This document shows, piece after piece, positions 19,001-26,737 of a stretch of DNA of 64,000 bases. Numbering within the stretch: position 1 is the stretch's first letter; every line of letters begins with the position of its first letter. Source of the DNA: an uncultured Verrucomicrobiota bacterium (GTDB lineage Bacteria > Verrucomicrobiota > Kiritimatiellia > RFP12 > UBA1067); assembly GCA_947305775.1 (NCBI GenBank), contig CAMZEN010000008.1, positions 2,646 to 66,645 on the forward strand. Direction: 5' to 3'. The position numbers were made by a program, and so were the translations under genes. Under the pieces are notes generated by a model. That model made no database searches and was not told the origin of the DNA. It was given only the letters and a program-made list of their open reading frames with translations.

Positions 19001-19290
19001 ATATCGGCAACGTGGCGTTCTACTTGAAGATGCTGGCCAAGCTGCCGCAGAACACGGCCATAGCGCAGATGCGCAAGTCGTTCGATACCTTCGACGCGGT
19101 CGGGCTTTTCGAGGCGTCACACAGCCTGAAGGGCATGTATGCTTCGCTCGGCCTGACGCCGCTTCATGCGATCTGCAGCGAAATCGTAGAGATATCCCGC
19201 AATGGAGGTCTTGACGGTGTGAGCCCGCTCCTCACGAAGCTCGAGAAGATGCACGCTGAGGTTGTAGGGCTTGCTAAGATGCAATCTTGA
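15994..19290 (+). CDS. APC-type permease domain fused to a hybrid histidine kinase with HPt (permease-HisKA-HATPase-REC-HPt, 1098 aa)
   Basis: Paralogue of the upstream gene (LAAWGLSFGYAVGWGAFVMPG). H-box SSISHDIRTPMNAI. HATPase GTGLGMPITKAIVELMKG. Receiver LLLVEDNEVN...AILMDVRMPVMDG...HIAKP. HPt motif SHSLKG. Confidence 0.75.
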   Translation: MRPPRNLSALAAWGLSFGYAVGWGAFVMPGAKFLPDAGPLGTILGVVAGAIAMVVIGWNYYRMVSSSPGPGGAYTYATKAFGYDYGFLTAWSLSLAYMAILWANATALVLLVRYVFGDAFQFGWHSKVAGFDVYFGEALLSMCMMVFAGVCCLFHRRFSGRIQATCTVFMIVSIAVCFGVAAFKHQGGMAAMAPAFSATGGADKLVQTLRILAMMPWAFVGFEAVTHSSLEFKFPMKRLWPVMLFAILASAAAYIMLTLMPVLAHPDGYVTWSEYIRDCSNLDGLSTMPTFAAVQKTMGGFGVALLAATMVAAIHTGIVGTIVAMSRLLYTLSSEGLLTKARWLGQLDGNGSPRNAIIFVVGISLFIPFFGRTVIGWPVDVSSIGAAVAFCCTSAAAWKFARSNGDRVTMVTGLVGVVMSVLFCLLLLVPNYLSTSVLSAEAYLVLSFWCIIGFMLYRQVFTKDAHQRFGRSPIVWTGIVIMIFFASLMWVRLSSQSATAKAVDSIVAFSEDHCRRMHGVVNHEELHHEQEFVSEKMDALNSDQLVNDIVQMGLLSFSLVIMFNLYSIQRRREERLEVANAKAEARDRAKSAFLSSISHDIRTPMNAIIGYIELAKRKGTTEAKMREYLAKTDVASHHLLALLNDVLEMSRIESGKIELEPVPVDLAAVFDEVAAIFSAQMAEKHLDFRLDMSGVSHTCVMCDRARLNRIILNLISNAYKFTPSGGSITMSLAEFESGRENAANYELCVRDTGIGMSETFMKHVFDAFERERSTTVNGIEGTGLGMPITKAIVELMKGTITVDSEVGKGTVFTIHLSLPFAHGVPQKVSPVAAAAVPPLQPMDHSKMRLLLVEDNEVNREIASTLLEQAGFNVDVAENGKIAVDKFANAGEGYYNAILMDVRMPVMDGYKATRTIRSMERGGKLRVPIIALSANAFESDVKDALSVGMDAHIAKPIKLPLLMKVLEDLLRRTAATADSGLKGDVLNCLAKMGCDIETALKETYIGNVAFYLKMLAKLPQNTAIAQMRKSFDTFDAVGLFEASHSLKGMYASLGLTPLHAICSEIVEISRNGGLDGVSPLLTKLEKMHAEVVGLAKMQS

Positions 19291-19340
19291 TTTACTTTAT
19301 TTAACGGTTGGCGTAAAAGCACGAAAGGACGGGTCCACAA

Positions 19341-20879
19341 ATGAAAGAGTTCGAAGGCTACCGCATTATTTTGGCGGAAGACGAGGAGATCGACCGCGAG
19401 GTCGTGGCAAACCTTGTCGAAGACCTTGGCGCGACGTGCATCACCGTAAAGGACGGTGACGAACTGCTGGAAAGGCTGAACGGCCCGGACGGGGGCTCGA
19501 TAGACCTCGTTCTGACCGACATAAACATGCCGCACACAGACGGAATCGAGGCCTGCTCAGAGTTCCGGTCGTCGATGAATCCCAAGGCGAAGACCATGCC
19601 GATAATAGGGATCTCGGCTGACACGAACCAGGGCATATTCGACAGGGCGATCTCGGCCGGAATGAACAGCATGACGCTGAAGCCGCTGACGAGGGAGACC
19701 CTTCGCGCGCATTTCCACATAATGCTGAAGGACAACATGGCGAACGCCGTCTTCAGCGAGCGCGTTCAGCAGGCTTTGGCGAAAAGCCTGTTCTTCTCGA
19801 CCGTCAGCCACGATCTCAGGACTCCGCTGAACGCGATAATCGGATTCTCCGAGATGCTCAAGCAGGGTTTCGAATCTCCGTCGGAGCGGGAATTCGCCAT
19901 CGACTCGATTATCATGAGCAGCCGCGAGATGCTTCAGCTCGTCAACGACATACTCGACCTCTCGAAGCTGGAGCAGGGGCGCCTCACCATAGAGCCCGAG
20001 CCGACCGACGTCGCCATGCTTCTGAGGGAGATCGTGGCCTCCTTCGGCATAACCCAGCAGAAGCCGGGCCTTGAGATGCTATGCCATGCCGATGGTTTGC
20101 CGTCGCTTGTCATCGACCCGCACCGCATGAGGCAGATAGCCTTCAACCTCGTAAGCAACGCCGTAAAGTTCACGAATAAGGGCTATGTCGACATCAGGGC
20201 TTCGTTCACGCCGGACGCCGACGGCGCAAAGGGCGTCTTCCGCATGGAGGTCAAGGATACCGGCTGCGGCATAAGCGCCGAAGACCAGAGGAAGCTGGCC
20301 CGGCCGTTCGTGCAGGTCGGCGACAAGGTCGCGAAGCGCGGCGGAACCGGCCTCGGGCTTCACATATGCCGCTGGATCGCGAAGACCATGGGCGGCAGCA
20401 TGACGATATCTTCGGTGCTTGGCGAAGGCACGACAATCGCAATCGTAGTGCCCGGCGTAAGGGTCGCGGCGACCGGTTGGTCGGCGGGTGGCGACGCCGC
20501 CTCTAAAGAACCGCTCAAGACGGACAAGAGCATACTCATCGTGGACGACGCCAAGCTGAACCAGATCGTCCTGAAGAACATGTTCGGCAGGCTTGGCGCG
20601 ACCAACCTGACGATCGTATCGAACGGACGCGAGGCGCTGGACGTTCTGAAGGCGCGCGGCGCAGGGGCGTTCGACCTTGTGCTGACCGACGCCTACATGC
20701 CTGAGATGGGCGGACTTGAGCTAATCGAGGTGATCAGGGCCGACCCTGCGCTGGCGAAGATGACAGTGTATCTTTTCACCGCCGAGGTCGAAATGAACGA
20801 GACCTACGCGGAAAATGGCTTCGACGGCATAGTACTGAAGCCTGCCACACTTGAATCGCTAAAGGAGTTGCTGAAATGA
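19341..20879 (+). CDS. soluble hybrid histidine kinase, REC-HisKA-HATPase-REC (512 aa)
   Basis: No TM segments. N-terminal receiver IILAEDEEID...LVLTDINMPHTDG. H-box STVSHDLRTPLNAI. GGTGLGLHICRWIAKTMGG. C-terminal receiver ILIVDDAKLN...LVLTDAYMPEMGG...VLKP. Confidence 0.85.
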   Translation: MKEFEGYRIILAEDEEIDREVVANLVEDLGATCITVKDGDELLERLNGPDGGSIDLVLTDINMPHTDGIEACSEFRSSMNPKAKTMPIIGISADTNQGIFDRAISAGMNSMTLKPLTRETLRAHFHIMLKDNMANAVFSERVQQALAKSLFFSTVSHDLRTPLNAIIGFSEMLKQGFESPSEREFAIDSIIMSSREMLQLVNDILDLSKLEQGRLTIEPEPTDVAMLLREIVASFGITQQKPGLEMLCHADGLPSLVIDPHRMRQIAFNLVSNAVKFTNKGYVDIRASFTPDADGAKGVFRMEVKDTGCGISAEDQRKLARPFVQVGDKVAKRGGTGLGLHICRWIAKTMGGSMTISSVLGEGTTIAIVVPGVRVAATGWSAGGDAASKEPLKTDKSILIVDDAKLNQIVLKNMFGRLGATNLTIVSNGREALDVLKARGAGAFDLVLTDAYMPEMGGLELIEVIRADPALAKMTVYLFTAEVEMNETYAENGFDGIVLKPATLESLKELLK

Positions 20880-21721
20880 AGATCAATGCATTAGCCGTGG
20901 CCGCGTCGCTCGCCGCCGTGGCGTTTACTCCGACATATGGTGCGGAAGAGGAGGAGCAGACCGACGCAAAGTGGCTGTCGTTCCACGCCTTTGCCGACGT
21001 CGAGAGCGCCTACATCTGCCGCGGATACGTGTGGGACGTGCGCCCGTACTCGGCGCAGTTCGCCGACGCCGCCGTGGACCTCGGTGCGTTTGGCCGCATT
21101 GACGCGTCCGTCTGGACGATGTCCGCCATGTCCAGCAGCGGACATTCCGACGCGATGAGCCGCTACGCATACGCCGAGATAGACTACATGCTGCGGTATT
21201 CCTACGACATCGAGATCACGGAAGGCTGGCGTCTGTCGAGCGGCATCGCCCGCCAGTGGGTGACGAATCCCGGCTACAAGGGCGGTCGCACAGTTTGCGA
21301 TTTCCAGTTCATGCAGTCGTTGCAGAACCCGTATGTGACGCCCTACTGGAAGGTGCGTGCGATACACAGGCCTTTCGACGAGACGTATTTCATCGTCGGC
21401 GCGAAGAAGGGGTTTGCGCTCACGGACGACCTTACTCTTACCGTGGATTTCTTCGGCGACCTTGGCGACCGCCGCCACTTCGAGAACCTTTACGGACCGA
21501 AGCCGGGCTCGCCGACGTCGAACTATCGCGGCGGACTTCAGGCGCTAAACCTTGTGTTCAGGCTTGACTACGCCCTTGCCGACCACATTGGCCTTTTTGC
21601 GTTCATCGGGCAGTTCGGGGTCGTCCACGAGGACGCCCGCAGGGCTGTTAAGGCCACGAAGACCCCGGAGGCGCGGCGCGACCTTACTTACGGCGGCGTT
21701 GGCGTGTCGATCGACTTCTGA
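20876..21721 (+). CDS. outer-membrane beta-barrel protein, TorF/Gcw_chp-like (281 aa)
   Basis: ATGA overlap with the kinase stop. Signal peptide MKINALAVAASLAAVAFTPTYGA. Alternating-hydrophobic strands. C-terminal GGVGVSIDF (terminal Phe beta-signal). The family call is tentative. Confidence 0.5.
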   Translation: MKINALAVAASLAAVAFTPTYGAEEEEQTDAKWLSFHAFADVESAYICRGYVWDVRPYSAQFADAAVDLGAFGRIDASVWTMSAMSSSGHSDAMSRYAYAEIDYMLRYSYDIEITEGWRLSSGIARQWVTNPGYKGGRTVCDFQFMQSLQNPYVTPYWKVRAIHRPFDETYFIVGAKKGFALTDDLTLTVDFFGDLGDRRHFENLYGPKPGSPTSNYRGGLQALNLVFRLDYALADHIGLFAFIGQFGVVHEDARRAVKATKTPEARRDLTYGGVGVSIDF

Positions 21722-21746
21722 CGCTTGCGGCATGGCGCGGAAGATA

Positions 21747-21755
21747 TGATATAAT
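21747..21755 (+). promoter_or_regulatory. extended -10 promoter element TGATATAAT; implies a (near-)leaderless DUF58 mRNA
   Basis: Context aagatatgatataat. Only 9 nt (accgcacca, no SD) separate it from the ATG at 21765. Confidence 0.5.
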
Positions 21756-21764
21756 ACCGCACCA

Positions 21765-22655
21765 ATGGCAACCGACGTAAAAGAGCTGATGGCGAAGGTG
21801 GGGAAGATACGAATCCTCACCAATCGCCTTATTGACGACCAGCTTAGCGGCGACTACCACTCGACGTTCAAGGGCCAGGGCGTTGAGTTCGACGAAGTGC
21901 GCCCGTACATAGCCGGCGACGACGTAAGGACGATCGACTGGAACGTGACCGCGAGGATGGGGACGCCTTTCATAAAGCGGTTCTCGGAGGAGCGCGAACT
22001 TACCGTGCTTTTCATGGTGGACGTCTCGGGCTCGCAGGGGTACGGCTCGCGCAACCGCTCCAAGATGGAGCTTTCCGCCGAAGTGACCGCGCTTCTGGCG
22101 CTTACGGCCATACGCAACCAGGACAAGATCGGGCTGATCCTCTTTTCCGACAGCATAGTGAAGTACATCCCTCCGCGAAAGGGGCGCGACAGCGTGATGC
22201 GCCTCGTTCGCGAAGTGCTTGCCGCCGAAGACGGCGCCGAGGGCGGCACCGACATACCCGGTGCGCTACGCTTCCTGAACGGCGTCCAGAAGCGCCGCGC
22301 CGTCGTCTTTCTGGTCTCGGACTTCCTTACCAGGCAGGAGGGGCTTGAGAAGCTGCTGCGTGCGACGGCGCGCCGTCATGACATGGTGTGCGTGCCGGTG
22401 GGCGATCCCGCCGAGAGCGAGCTGCCCGATGTGGGCCTTGTCGAGCTTGAGGACCCAGAGACAGGCGAGCTTGTGCTGGTCGATACTTCAAGCGCAAGGG
22501 TGCGGCGCGCCTTCGCCGAGAGGGCGGCCGAGGACGGCGAGTCGCTAAGGCGGTTCTTCGTAAAGACCGGCATAGACACAATGACGCTTTCAACGGACCG
22601 TCCGTACATAGACGAAGTGCGCGCACTGTTCAAGCGCCGCGCCAGAAAGAGATGA
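21765..22655 (+). CDS. DUF58 domain protein (MoxR/Bat-cluster type)
   Basis: FKGQGVEFDEVRPYIAGDDVRTIDWNVTARMG... and VDVSGSQGYGS are characteristic of DUF58. Confidence 0.75.
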   Translation: MATDVKELMAKVGKIRILTNRLIDDQLSGDYHSTFKGQGVEFDEVRPYIAGDDVRTIDWNVTARMGTPFIKRFSEERELTVLFMVDVSGSQGYGSRNRSKMELSAEVTALLALTAIRNQDKIGLILFSDSIVKYIPPRKGRDSVMRLVREVLAAEDGAEGGTDIPGALRFLNGVQKRRAVVFLVSDFLTRQEGLEKLLRATARRHDMVCVPVGDPAESELPDVGLVELEDPETGELVLVDTSSARVRRAFAERAAEDGESLRRFFVKTGIDTMTLSTDRPYIDEVRALFKRRARKR

Positions 22656-22659
22656 CGAT

Positions 22660-23577
22660 ATGTTTTGCTGTTTGATGCTGGCGGCGTCGCTTCTGGTGAT
22701 GGAGAAAAACGGGGTCGAGATCAAGATCGACGGCGGGCCGGAGACCATCGACCCCGGCAGGAGTGTGTTCCTTGCCGTCACGATAACGCATTCTCGCGAA
22801 GTGAAGGTGGTGCATCCGGACTTCCGCGATCGCGTTCGCGGCTTTTCGCTCGCCGAAGATTTCGCGGAGGAGCCTAGCACGACCAAGGATGGCCGCGTGG
22901 TCGAGACCGTCAACTGGAAGCTGATACCCGAGCCTTGCGCCGAAGAGTACAAGTTGGCGCCGTTTCTCGTAAAGGCGTCGCCGCGTCTGCTTTCATCGCT
23001 GGCGGACGACGGAAGCCTTTCGTTCGTCGCAGGACCTGTGCGTTTCGCGAATCCGCCGCCGCGCGAACCGGTTACAGGCGGCATGGAGGTCGATCCGAAG
23101 AAGGATATGCCTCCGCTAAGCTGGAAGCTTGTTGGCAGGATCGCCGCGGCGTTGGCGGCGGTCTGCTTGCTGGTCTGGGCGGTCTGGAAGGGCGTTTGCT
23201 ATGCTGCGCGGCGGATCAAGGAGCATCGCATGAGCCCGATAGAGCGCGCATGGGCGGAGCTTGACCGCCTTCTCAAGAAGGGGCTGCCGGGGCGCGGCAG
23301 ATACAAGGACTTCTATGTGGAGTTGACGATGGTCGTTCGCAGGTATGTGCAGCGCAAGTACGGAATTCGCGCCCCGCACCTGACGACCGAGGAGTTCTTG
23401 CGCGAATGCGGCGCTTCGGAAGGCCGCATATGCGATACCGCCGCGCTCAGGAAGTTCCTTGAGAGCGCCGACATGGTGAAGTTCGCCGGTGTGGAGGCGA
23501 CGCCGGAAATGGCGGACGATGCGACGGACTCTGCGCGCGGATACCTGAAGGGCGATTCGAAGGAGGTCGCAAGGTGA
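22660..23577 (+). CDS. membrane protein with DUF4381-like C-terminal region (Bat-cluster type)
   Basis: A central TM (IAAALAAVCLLVWAVW) is followed by ERAWAELDRL...FYVELTMVVRRYVQRKYGIRAPHLTTEEFL...ADMVKFAG, the DUF4381 pattern. Confidence 0.5.
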   Translation: MFCCLMLAASLLVMEKNGVEIKIDGGPETIDPGRSVFLAVTITHSREVKVVHPDFRDRVRGFSLAEDFAEEPSTTKDGRVVETVNWKLIPEPCAEEYKLAPFLVKASPRLLSSLADDGSLSFVAGPVRFANPPPREPVTGGMEVDPKKDMPPLSWKLVGRIAAALAAVCLLVWAVWKGVCYAARRIKEHRMSPIERAWAELDRLLKKGLPGRGRYKDFYVELTMVVRRYVQRKYGIRAPHLTTEEFLRECGASEGRICDTAALRKFLESADMVKFAGVEATPEMADDATDSARGYLKGDSKEVAR

Positions 23578-24620
23578 AGTTCGCGAGCCCCATGATGCTT
23601 CTTATGGCGCTGCCGCTTGCGTTTGCCGCGTGGCGACTTCTGAGGTGCGCGAAAAGATCGGGGCTGAGGTTCCCTGCGATATCGCGCCTTCCGTCCAGGG
23701 CGGCCGGGTGGAGGGCGAAGGTCGCCGCCGCTACGCCTTTCATCATGCTTGCGGGGCTTGCGATGCTGATTGTGGCGGCGGCGCGTCCGCGCACGCCCCT
23801 CGCGCACGAGAGGAAGTCCGTGGACGCGATAGCGATTGCGATGACGGTGGATGTCTCGGGCTCGATGGACGCGCTCGACCTTACGCCGAAGGGCGTGCAG
23901 TATTCGCGTGAGACGACGCGCCTTGCGGTGGTGAAGAAGCTTTTCGCCGAATTCGTCGAGAAGCGTCCGGACGATCTCATCGGCCTTGTCACGTTTGGCG
24001 GCTATGCCGCCACGCGTTCGCCGCTGACCGCAGACCACGATGCGCTTCTCAACGTGCTCAAGGGCGTCGAAATACCTTCCGTCGCCTTGGATTCCAACGG
24101 ACGCGCAATAGCGCAGGACGAGCAGATGACGGCGATAGGGGATGGCCTCGCAACCGCCCTAGCCCGGCTGAAGGACGCGAAACCGAAGTCGAAGATAGTC
24201 ATTCTTCTTTCGGACGGCGTCAGCAACACTGGCGCGGTAGAGCCTGACGAAGCGGCAAAGGCGGCGGCGAAGATGGGCGTGAAGGTGTATGCGATCGGCG
24301 TCGGCACAAAATCGCGCAACACGCCTGTATTCGGGCGCGACTTCTTCGGGCGCACAATCATTCAGCGTGCCGACATGACCTTTGACGAACGGCAGCTTAA
24401 GTCGATAGCGTCCGTTACCGGCGGCACATACTTCCCGGTCAACGACCGCGACTCGCTCGAAAAGGCTCTTGAGGAAATCGACCAGCTTGAGACCACTGCG
24501 CTCGATGCAGATACCTATGACCGTTGGGAGGAACACTTTGTGGCGTTCCTTGTTTTGGGAGCGCTTCTGGTGTTTGCCGCGGTCTCCCTTTCCATGGCGG
24601 CATCGCGTCGTATGGCATGA
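23574..24620 (+). CDS. VWA domain protein, BatA-like
   Basis: GTGA overlap with the upstream gene. N- and C-terminal TM segments. MIDAS VDVSGSMDALD. ILLSDGVSNTG. YAIGVG. Confidence 0.75.
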   Translation: MKFASPMMLLMALPLAFAAWRLLRCAKRSGLRFPAISRLPSRAAGWRAKVAAATPFIMLAGLAMLIVAAARPRTPLAHERKSVDAIAIAMTVDVSGSMDALDLTPKGVQYSRETTRLAVVKKLFAEFVEKRPDDLIGLVTFGGYAATRSPLTADHDALLNVLKGVEIPSVALDSNGRAIAQDEQMTAIGDGLATALARLKDAKPKSKIVILLSDGVSNTGAVEPDEAAKAAAKMGVKVYAIGVGTKSRNTPVFGRDFFGRTIIQRADMTFDERQLKSIASVTGGTYFPVNDRDSLEKALEEIDQLETTALDADTYDRWEEHFVAFLVLGALLVFAAVSLSMAASRRMA

Positions 24621-24666
24621 TACGACGCCAACCATAAACCCCTCGTTCCGTTGCTTAAAAGGAAAA

Positions 24667-24758
24667 GTTACAAAGTACTAGTACTTTTGGCCAAATGTAC
24701 TAGTACTTTTGCGCAAATGTACTAGTACTTTTGATCAAAAGTACTAGTACTTTGTAAC
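24667..24758. repeat. AT-rich palindrome array: 4 x GTACTAGTAC at exact 22-bp spacing (8 alternating 11-bp half units)
   Basis: Cores at 24675-84, 24697-706, 24719-28 and 24741-50. The spacers are also palindromic (TTTTGGCCAAA, TTTTGCGCAAA, TTTTGATCAAAA). The whole 92 bp is a near-perfect dyad (GTTAC...GTAAC) centred on GCGC at about 24711-14, with 4 mismatches in 46-bp arms. Confidence 0.9.
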
Positions 24759-24762
24759 TCAT

Positions 24763-24772
24763 GGTGCGCACC
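24763..24772. repeat. 10-bp perfect palindrome GGTGCGCACC
   Basis: Read directly. Lies between the palindrome array and the 22-bp direct repeats. Confidence 0.8.
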
Positions 24773-24816
24773 AGAGCTTCGAGGGGTGCGGGGTAGAGCT
24801 TCAAGGGGTGCGGGGT
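24773..24816 (+). repeat. 2 x 22-bp tandem direct repeat AGAGCTTC(G/A)AGGGGTGCGGGGT
   Basis: Units at 24773-24794 and 24795-24816 differ at one position. Same 22-bp period as the adjacent palindrome array. Confidence 0.9.
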
Positions 24817-24891
24817 AGCGGCAAAATAGGTGCCTTTGGGCATGGGGGATATTCCTATTATGATGGTCGCTTGCCGCCGATGCGGGCAATA

Positions 24892-24900
24892 TGTTATAAT
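24892..24900 (+). promoter_or_regulatory. extended -10 promoter element TGTTATAAT (aspS)
   Basis: Context caatatgttataat, 32 nt upstream of the ATG at 24932. AGGAG SD at about 24916-24920. Confidence 0.55.
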
Positions 24901-24931
24901 ATGCGACCAATTTTTAGGAGCAAGAAAGACA

Positions 24932-26737
24932 ATGCATCCATATCGTACCCATACATGCAACGAGCTCCGCGCCTCTGACGCGGGCAAGACCGTTCGTCTC
25001 TCCGGCTGGATGTTCCGCCTTCGCGACCATGGCGGAATCCTTTTCGTGGACCTTCGCGACCACTACGGCCTTACGCAGATAGTCGTCCATCCGAGCCGCA
25101 GCTTCTTCGGGCTTGTTGAGAAGGCGCACCTTGAGAGCGTCATCACCGTGACCGGCGAGGTGAAGCTGAGGACGCCCGATACCATCAACCCCGACCTTCC
25201 CACTGGCGAGATCGAGATCGAGGCCAACGAGCTTGTCATGGAGGCTGCGAGCGAGGTTACGCCCATCTACATCCCCGACGAGAAGGCCGACGAGAGCGAG
25301 GACGTGCGCCTCAAGCACCGTTACCTCGACCTTCGCCGCGAGAAGCTCCACAACAACATCATCCTTCGCTCGAACGTGATCAAGTTCCTGCGTGAGAAGA
25401 TGTGGGAGAAGGGCTTCAACGAGTTTCAGACTCCGATTCTGACCGCATCCTCGCCCGAGGGTGCGCGCGACTACCTTGTGCCGAGCCGCATCCATCGTGG
25501 TCAGTTCTACGCCCTGCCGCAGGCGCCGCAGATGTTCAAGCAGCTCCTGATGGTCTCGGGCTTCGACAGGTATTTCCAGATTGCGCCGTGCTTCCGCGAC
25601 GAGGCCGCCCGCGCCGACCGCTCGCCCGGCGAGTTCTACCAGCTCGATATCGAGATGAGCTATGTGACGCAGGACGAGATCTTCGCCGTCGTCGAGGACG
25701 TCGTTTCGGCGACCTTCCGCAAGTTCTCCACCTGGACCTGCAACGAGGCCCCGTGGCCGCGCATCAAGTATCGCGACGCGATGATGGTCTACGGCAGCGA
25801 CAAGCCCGACCTCAGGAACCCGCTCAAGTGGCAGGACATGTCGGACTTCTTCCGCCGCGCGAGCTTCAAGGCGTTCGCCTCGTGCGTCGAGCAGGGCGGA
25901 CTCGTCAAGGGCCTTCTCGTCAAGGGAATCGTCGGTGTCGAGACGCGCACGTGGTTCGACAAGCGCGAGCACAACGTGAAGGAGAACGGCGGCAAGGGCC
26001 TCGGCTACATCAGCTGGACCAAGGAAGGCGAGCTCAAGGGCCCGATCGCGAAGTTCCTCACGCCCGAGCAGCTTGAGGAGATGAAGCAGATCGTCGGCAT
26101 GGAGCCGGGCGACGCGCTCTTCTTCATGGCCGCTCCGGTGGACGAGTGCCACAGGCTCTCCGGGCTTGTCCGCACCGACATCGCCGACCACCTCACGAAC
26201 GACATCCGCGAGCACAACTGCTACAAGTTCTGCTGGATCGTCGACTTCCCGTTCTTCGAGAAGGACCCCGAGACCGGCAAGATCATCTTCTCGCACAACC
26301 CGTTCTCGATGCCCCAGGGCGGACTTGAGGCGCTCAACACGAAGGCGCCGCTGGACGTGGTCGCATACCAGTACGACGTCGTCTGCAACGGTATCGAGCT
26401 TTCGTCCGGCGCTATCCGCAACCACCGCATCGATATCATGGAGAAGGCGTTCGAGATCGCCGGTTATTCGCCTGATGTCGTCAAGCAGAAGTTCGGCTGC
26501 CTCTACAACGCGTTCCGCTTCGGCGCGCCGCCCCACGGCGGAATCGCCCCGGGCGTCGACCGCATGGTGATGCTTCTCACCGATACGCCCAACATCCGCG
26601 AGGTGATTGCGTTCCCGATGAACCAGAAGGCGCAGGACCTCATGATGAACGCGCCGAACTTCGTCACCGAGCAGCAGCTCCGCGAGCTTCACATCAAGAT
26701 TCGCGGAACCGGCGCGGAGGCGGCGGCCCAGGCGTGA
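24932..26737 (+). CDS. aspS: aspartate--tRNA ligase (601 aa)
   Basis: [13 protein letters not shown]...[26 protein letters not shown] (OB fold). Class II motifs [46 protein letters not shown]. Start set at the Met after the SD. Confidence 0.95.
   Translation: MHPYRTHTCNELRASDAGKTVRLSGWMFRLRDHGGILFVDLRDHYGLTQIVVHPSRSFFGLVEKAHLESVITVTGEVKLRTPDTINPDLPTGEIEIEANELVMEAASEVTPIYIPDEKADESEDVRLKHRYLDLRREKLHNNIILRSNVIKFLREKMWEKGFNEFQTPILTASSPEGARDYLVPSRIHRGQFYALPQAPQMFKQLLMVSGFDRYFQIAPCFRDEAARADRSPGEFYQLDIEMSYVTQDEIFAVVEDVVSATFRKFSTWTCNEAPWPRIKYRDAMMVYGSDKPDLRNPLKWQDMSDFFRRASFKAFASCVEQGGLVKGLLVKGIVGVETRTWFDKREHNVKENGGKGLGYISWTKEGELKGPIAKFLTPEQLEEMKQIVGMEPGDALFFMAAPVDECHRLSGLVRTDIADHLTNDIREHNCYKFCWIVDFPFFEKDPETGKIIFSHNPFSMPQGGLEALNTKAPLDVVAYQYDVVCNGIELSSGAIRNHRIDIMEKAFEIAGYSPDVVKQKFGCLYNAFRFGAPPHGGIAPGVDRMVMLLTDTPNIREVIAFPMNQKAQDLMMNAPNFVTEQQLRELHIKIRGTGAEAAAQA

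Noticed and set aside
24667-24816. Palindrome/direct-repeat block considered as a CRISPR array. Minus-strand ORFs 24700-24987 and 24722-24910 considered as genes.
   Set aside because: The repeat period is only 22 bp. The 'spacers' are 12-bp palindromes that are near-identical to each other. There are no unique spacers and no cas genes. The ORFs are read-through of the repeats (…STSTF.QKY ends) with no start context.
24817-24931. T-box or other riboswitch leader upstream of aspS, and likewise upstream of alaS (46558-46583).
   Set aside because: The predicted leaders are only about 25-32 nt from the -10 element to the start codon. No specifier loop, T-box sequence or terminator/antiterminator pair is present.
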